A stretch of 64,000 bases of DNA, from positions 928,001 through 992,000 of the forward strand of contig OZ244052.1 of NCBI GenBank assembly GCA_965215125.1, given 5' to 3'. The stretch is from an uncultured candidatus Porisulfidus sp. (GTDB lineage Bacteria; Pseudomonadota; Gammaproteobacteria; Poriferisulfidales; Oxydemutatoraceae). Both the position numbers and the translations under genes were made by a program. Positions 62,908 to 64,000 of the stretch are shown piece after piece; position 1 is the stretch's first letter, and every line of letters begins with the position of its first letter. Below the pieces are notes generated by a model. It was given only the letters and a program-made list of their open reading frames with translations. It searched no databases and was not told where the DNA came from.

Positions 62908-63108
62908 TGTCTGCCCTTAAGTGCCGTTCTGCACAGCCGTAATCGCTCGCGCCGTATGGTTTTGGTTTCCATAAATTAACTGGTGTACGATTTTATTTGT
63001 GCAAACGCAGCACGTTACAGTTCTGCATAACGTTACGCCGATTGATCGGGCGGACATGTTAGTCCGCCCCTACAAGCGCAATCGGCGGTTCTATTTTTCA
63101 ACAGCCCC
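62908..63108. repeat. MITE/REP mosaic (reverse orientation), continuing the REP half at 61565-61583
   Basis: TCTGCCCTTAAGTGCCGTTCTGCAC..., nested REP in the GCCGATTG hairpin, ends TTTTTCAACAGCCCC. Confidence 0.85.
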
Positions 63109-63120
63109 AACCTTAACCCA

Positions 63121-63848
63121 CTCGCACGATTAACGCGTCCATCCATTGGTTTATGGGAGTTAAAACCGGGTGGCGCATGGCAGTCTCTGCAACTCATCCA
63201 TTATTTTGATACCGTTCGTCGGAAATGCGAAACAGCACCACATCGCCCATTTTATGATCCAACCATGATTAGACGGCTTGCTATGACGCAAGCTCTTTCT
63301 TATAATTCAACTTAAGAGGTTAAAAATGGAAAATATCGAGAACGCAGACAACTTAACGATTGAAACTATTTATAAAATGGTGCTTGAAATGAAGTCAAAG
63401 CTGGACTTTCTAGAATCGGAAACGCATGCCCCACAATCTGACAAGGCAGGTTTATACATGGAAAGTATAGATCTAAGACTAAGCAATGTTGATGCTGACA
63501 TCGTAGATGTGAAAACCGATATAGCAGTTATGAAATCTGAGATGGAAGATATAAAACTAAGACTAAGCAAAGTTGAAGCCGATATCGTAGACATGAAAGC
63601 TGAAATGGTAGTTATGAAAACCGAGATAGCGGTTATAAAAGCCGATATAGAAAGCATGAAACTGAAACTAAGCAAGGTTGAAACCGACATCGCAGAAATG
63701 AGAAAGGACATTGCAGACATCAAAGCAGAACAATTTAAATTCAGAGATGACATCTATAAATGGGGTTTAGCATTAGCCGCCAGCATTATTGTTTCGGTAA
63801 GTTCTATTGTTGGTTTGGTGGTGATTTTTGCAAACTAACTCCCAATCC
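63121..63848 (+). repeat. Duplicated cassette copy 2
   Basis: Near-identical to 60831-61537. Confidence 0.92.
63326..63838 (+). CDS. Paralogous heptad-repeat coiled-coil TM protein (one extra heptad)
   Basis: 170 aa versus 163 aa; extra IAEMRKD. Confidence 0.8.
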   Translation: MENIENADNLTIETIYKMVLEMKSKLDFLESETHAPQSDKAGLYMESIDLRLSNVDADIVDVKTDIAVMKSEMEDIKLRLSKVEADIVDMKAEMVVMKTEIAVIKADIESMKLKLSKVETDIAEMRKDIADIKAEQFKFRDDIYKWGLALAASIIVSVSSIVGLVVIFAN

Positions 63849-63849
63849 A

Positions 63850-64000
63850 TAGCCTGACGGGGTGGTTGCAGAAATATCTGTACAAGGTGCAGTGCTGGTA
63901 CATTCCCCTCCTGTGGAGGGGTGGCCTATGCATTTTGCAATGCATGCGTTTAGCAGTCATGTTGAGGTTCTGAACGAAGTTACGCCGATTGACCTACTGG
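63850..64000. repeat. Mosaic repeat, truncated by the window edge
   Basis: AGCCTGACGGGGTGGT, CATTCCCCTCCTGTGGAGGGGTGG, GTTACGCCGATTGACCTACTGG. Confidence 0.8.

Larger units (their letters stand above)
61584..62909 (-). mobile_element. IS110-family element (IS110/IS621-like architecture) inserted in a REP loop
   Basis: Flanks rejoin to GTAGGGGCGGACTGGCA-TG-TCTGCCC; TG core at 61582-83 and 62908-09; no TIRs. Confidence 0.88.

Noticed and set aside
60831-63848. Diversity-generating retroelement TR/VR pair
   Set aside because: No reverse transcriptase in the window; both copies are whole genes and differences are not confined to adenines.

Overview
Chromosomal segment of a sulfur-oxidising gammaproteobacterium (inferred from the reverse-Dsr operon dsrABEFHCMK, soxXYZAKB without soxCD, and dsrR/dsrS-like and Alvin_2107-like genes). 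Housekeeping genes include acs, metG, rpoZ-spoT-ridA-recG, purD, rluC, sppA, maf, suhB, gmk, hemE and gltD. The intergenic DNA is colonised by mobile elements. (1) Short palindromic modules and a TIR-bounded MITE occur at about 11 loci and are nested inside one another. (2) Two different IS110-family recombinase elements have both inserted into the same GTAG-type REP palindrome; one has a readable bridge RNA, and the other is IS1111-like and interrupted by an IS1380. (3) A miniature element with 24-bp terminal inverted repeats and an 8-bp TSD carries an internally deleted TnpB and is itself interrupted by an IS3. Other notable items are a CLCA-like zincin/vWA surface protein behind a poly-C promoter, a GHKL ATPase islet flanked by a duplicated rpoZ promoter and 5' end, an RnfB-RnfC' fusion, an archaeal-looking purD, an orphan HvfA-type RiPP precursor and a duplicated heptad-repeat membrane protein. 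No rRNA, tRNA or CRISPR array was recognised. All family assignments come from motif recognition by eye, not database searches.
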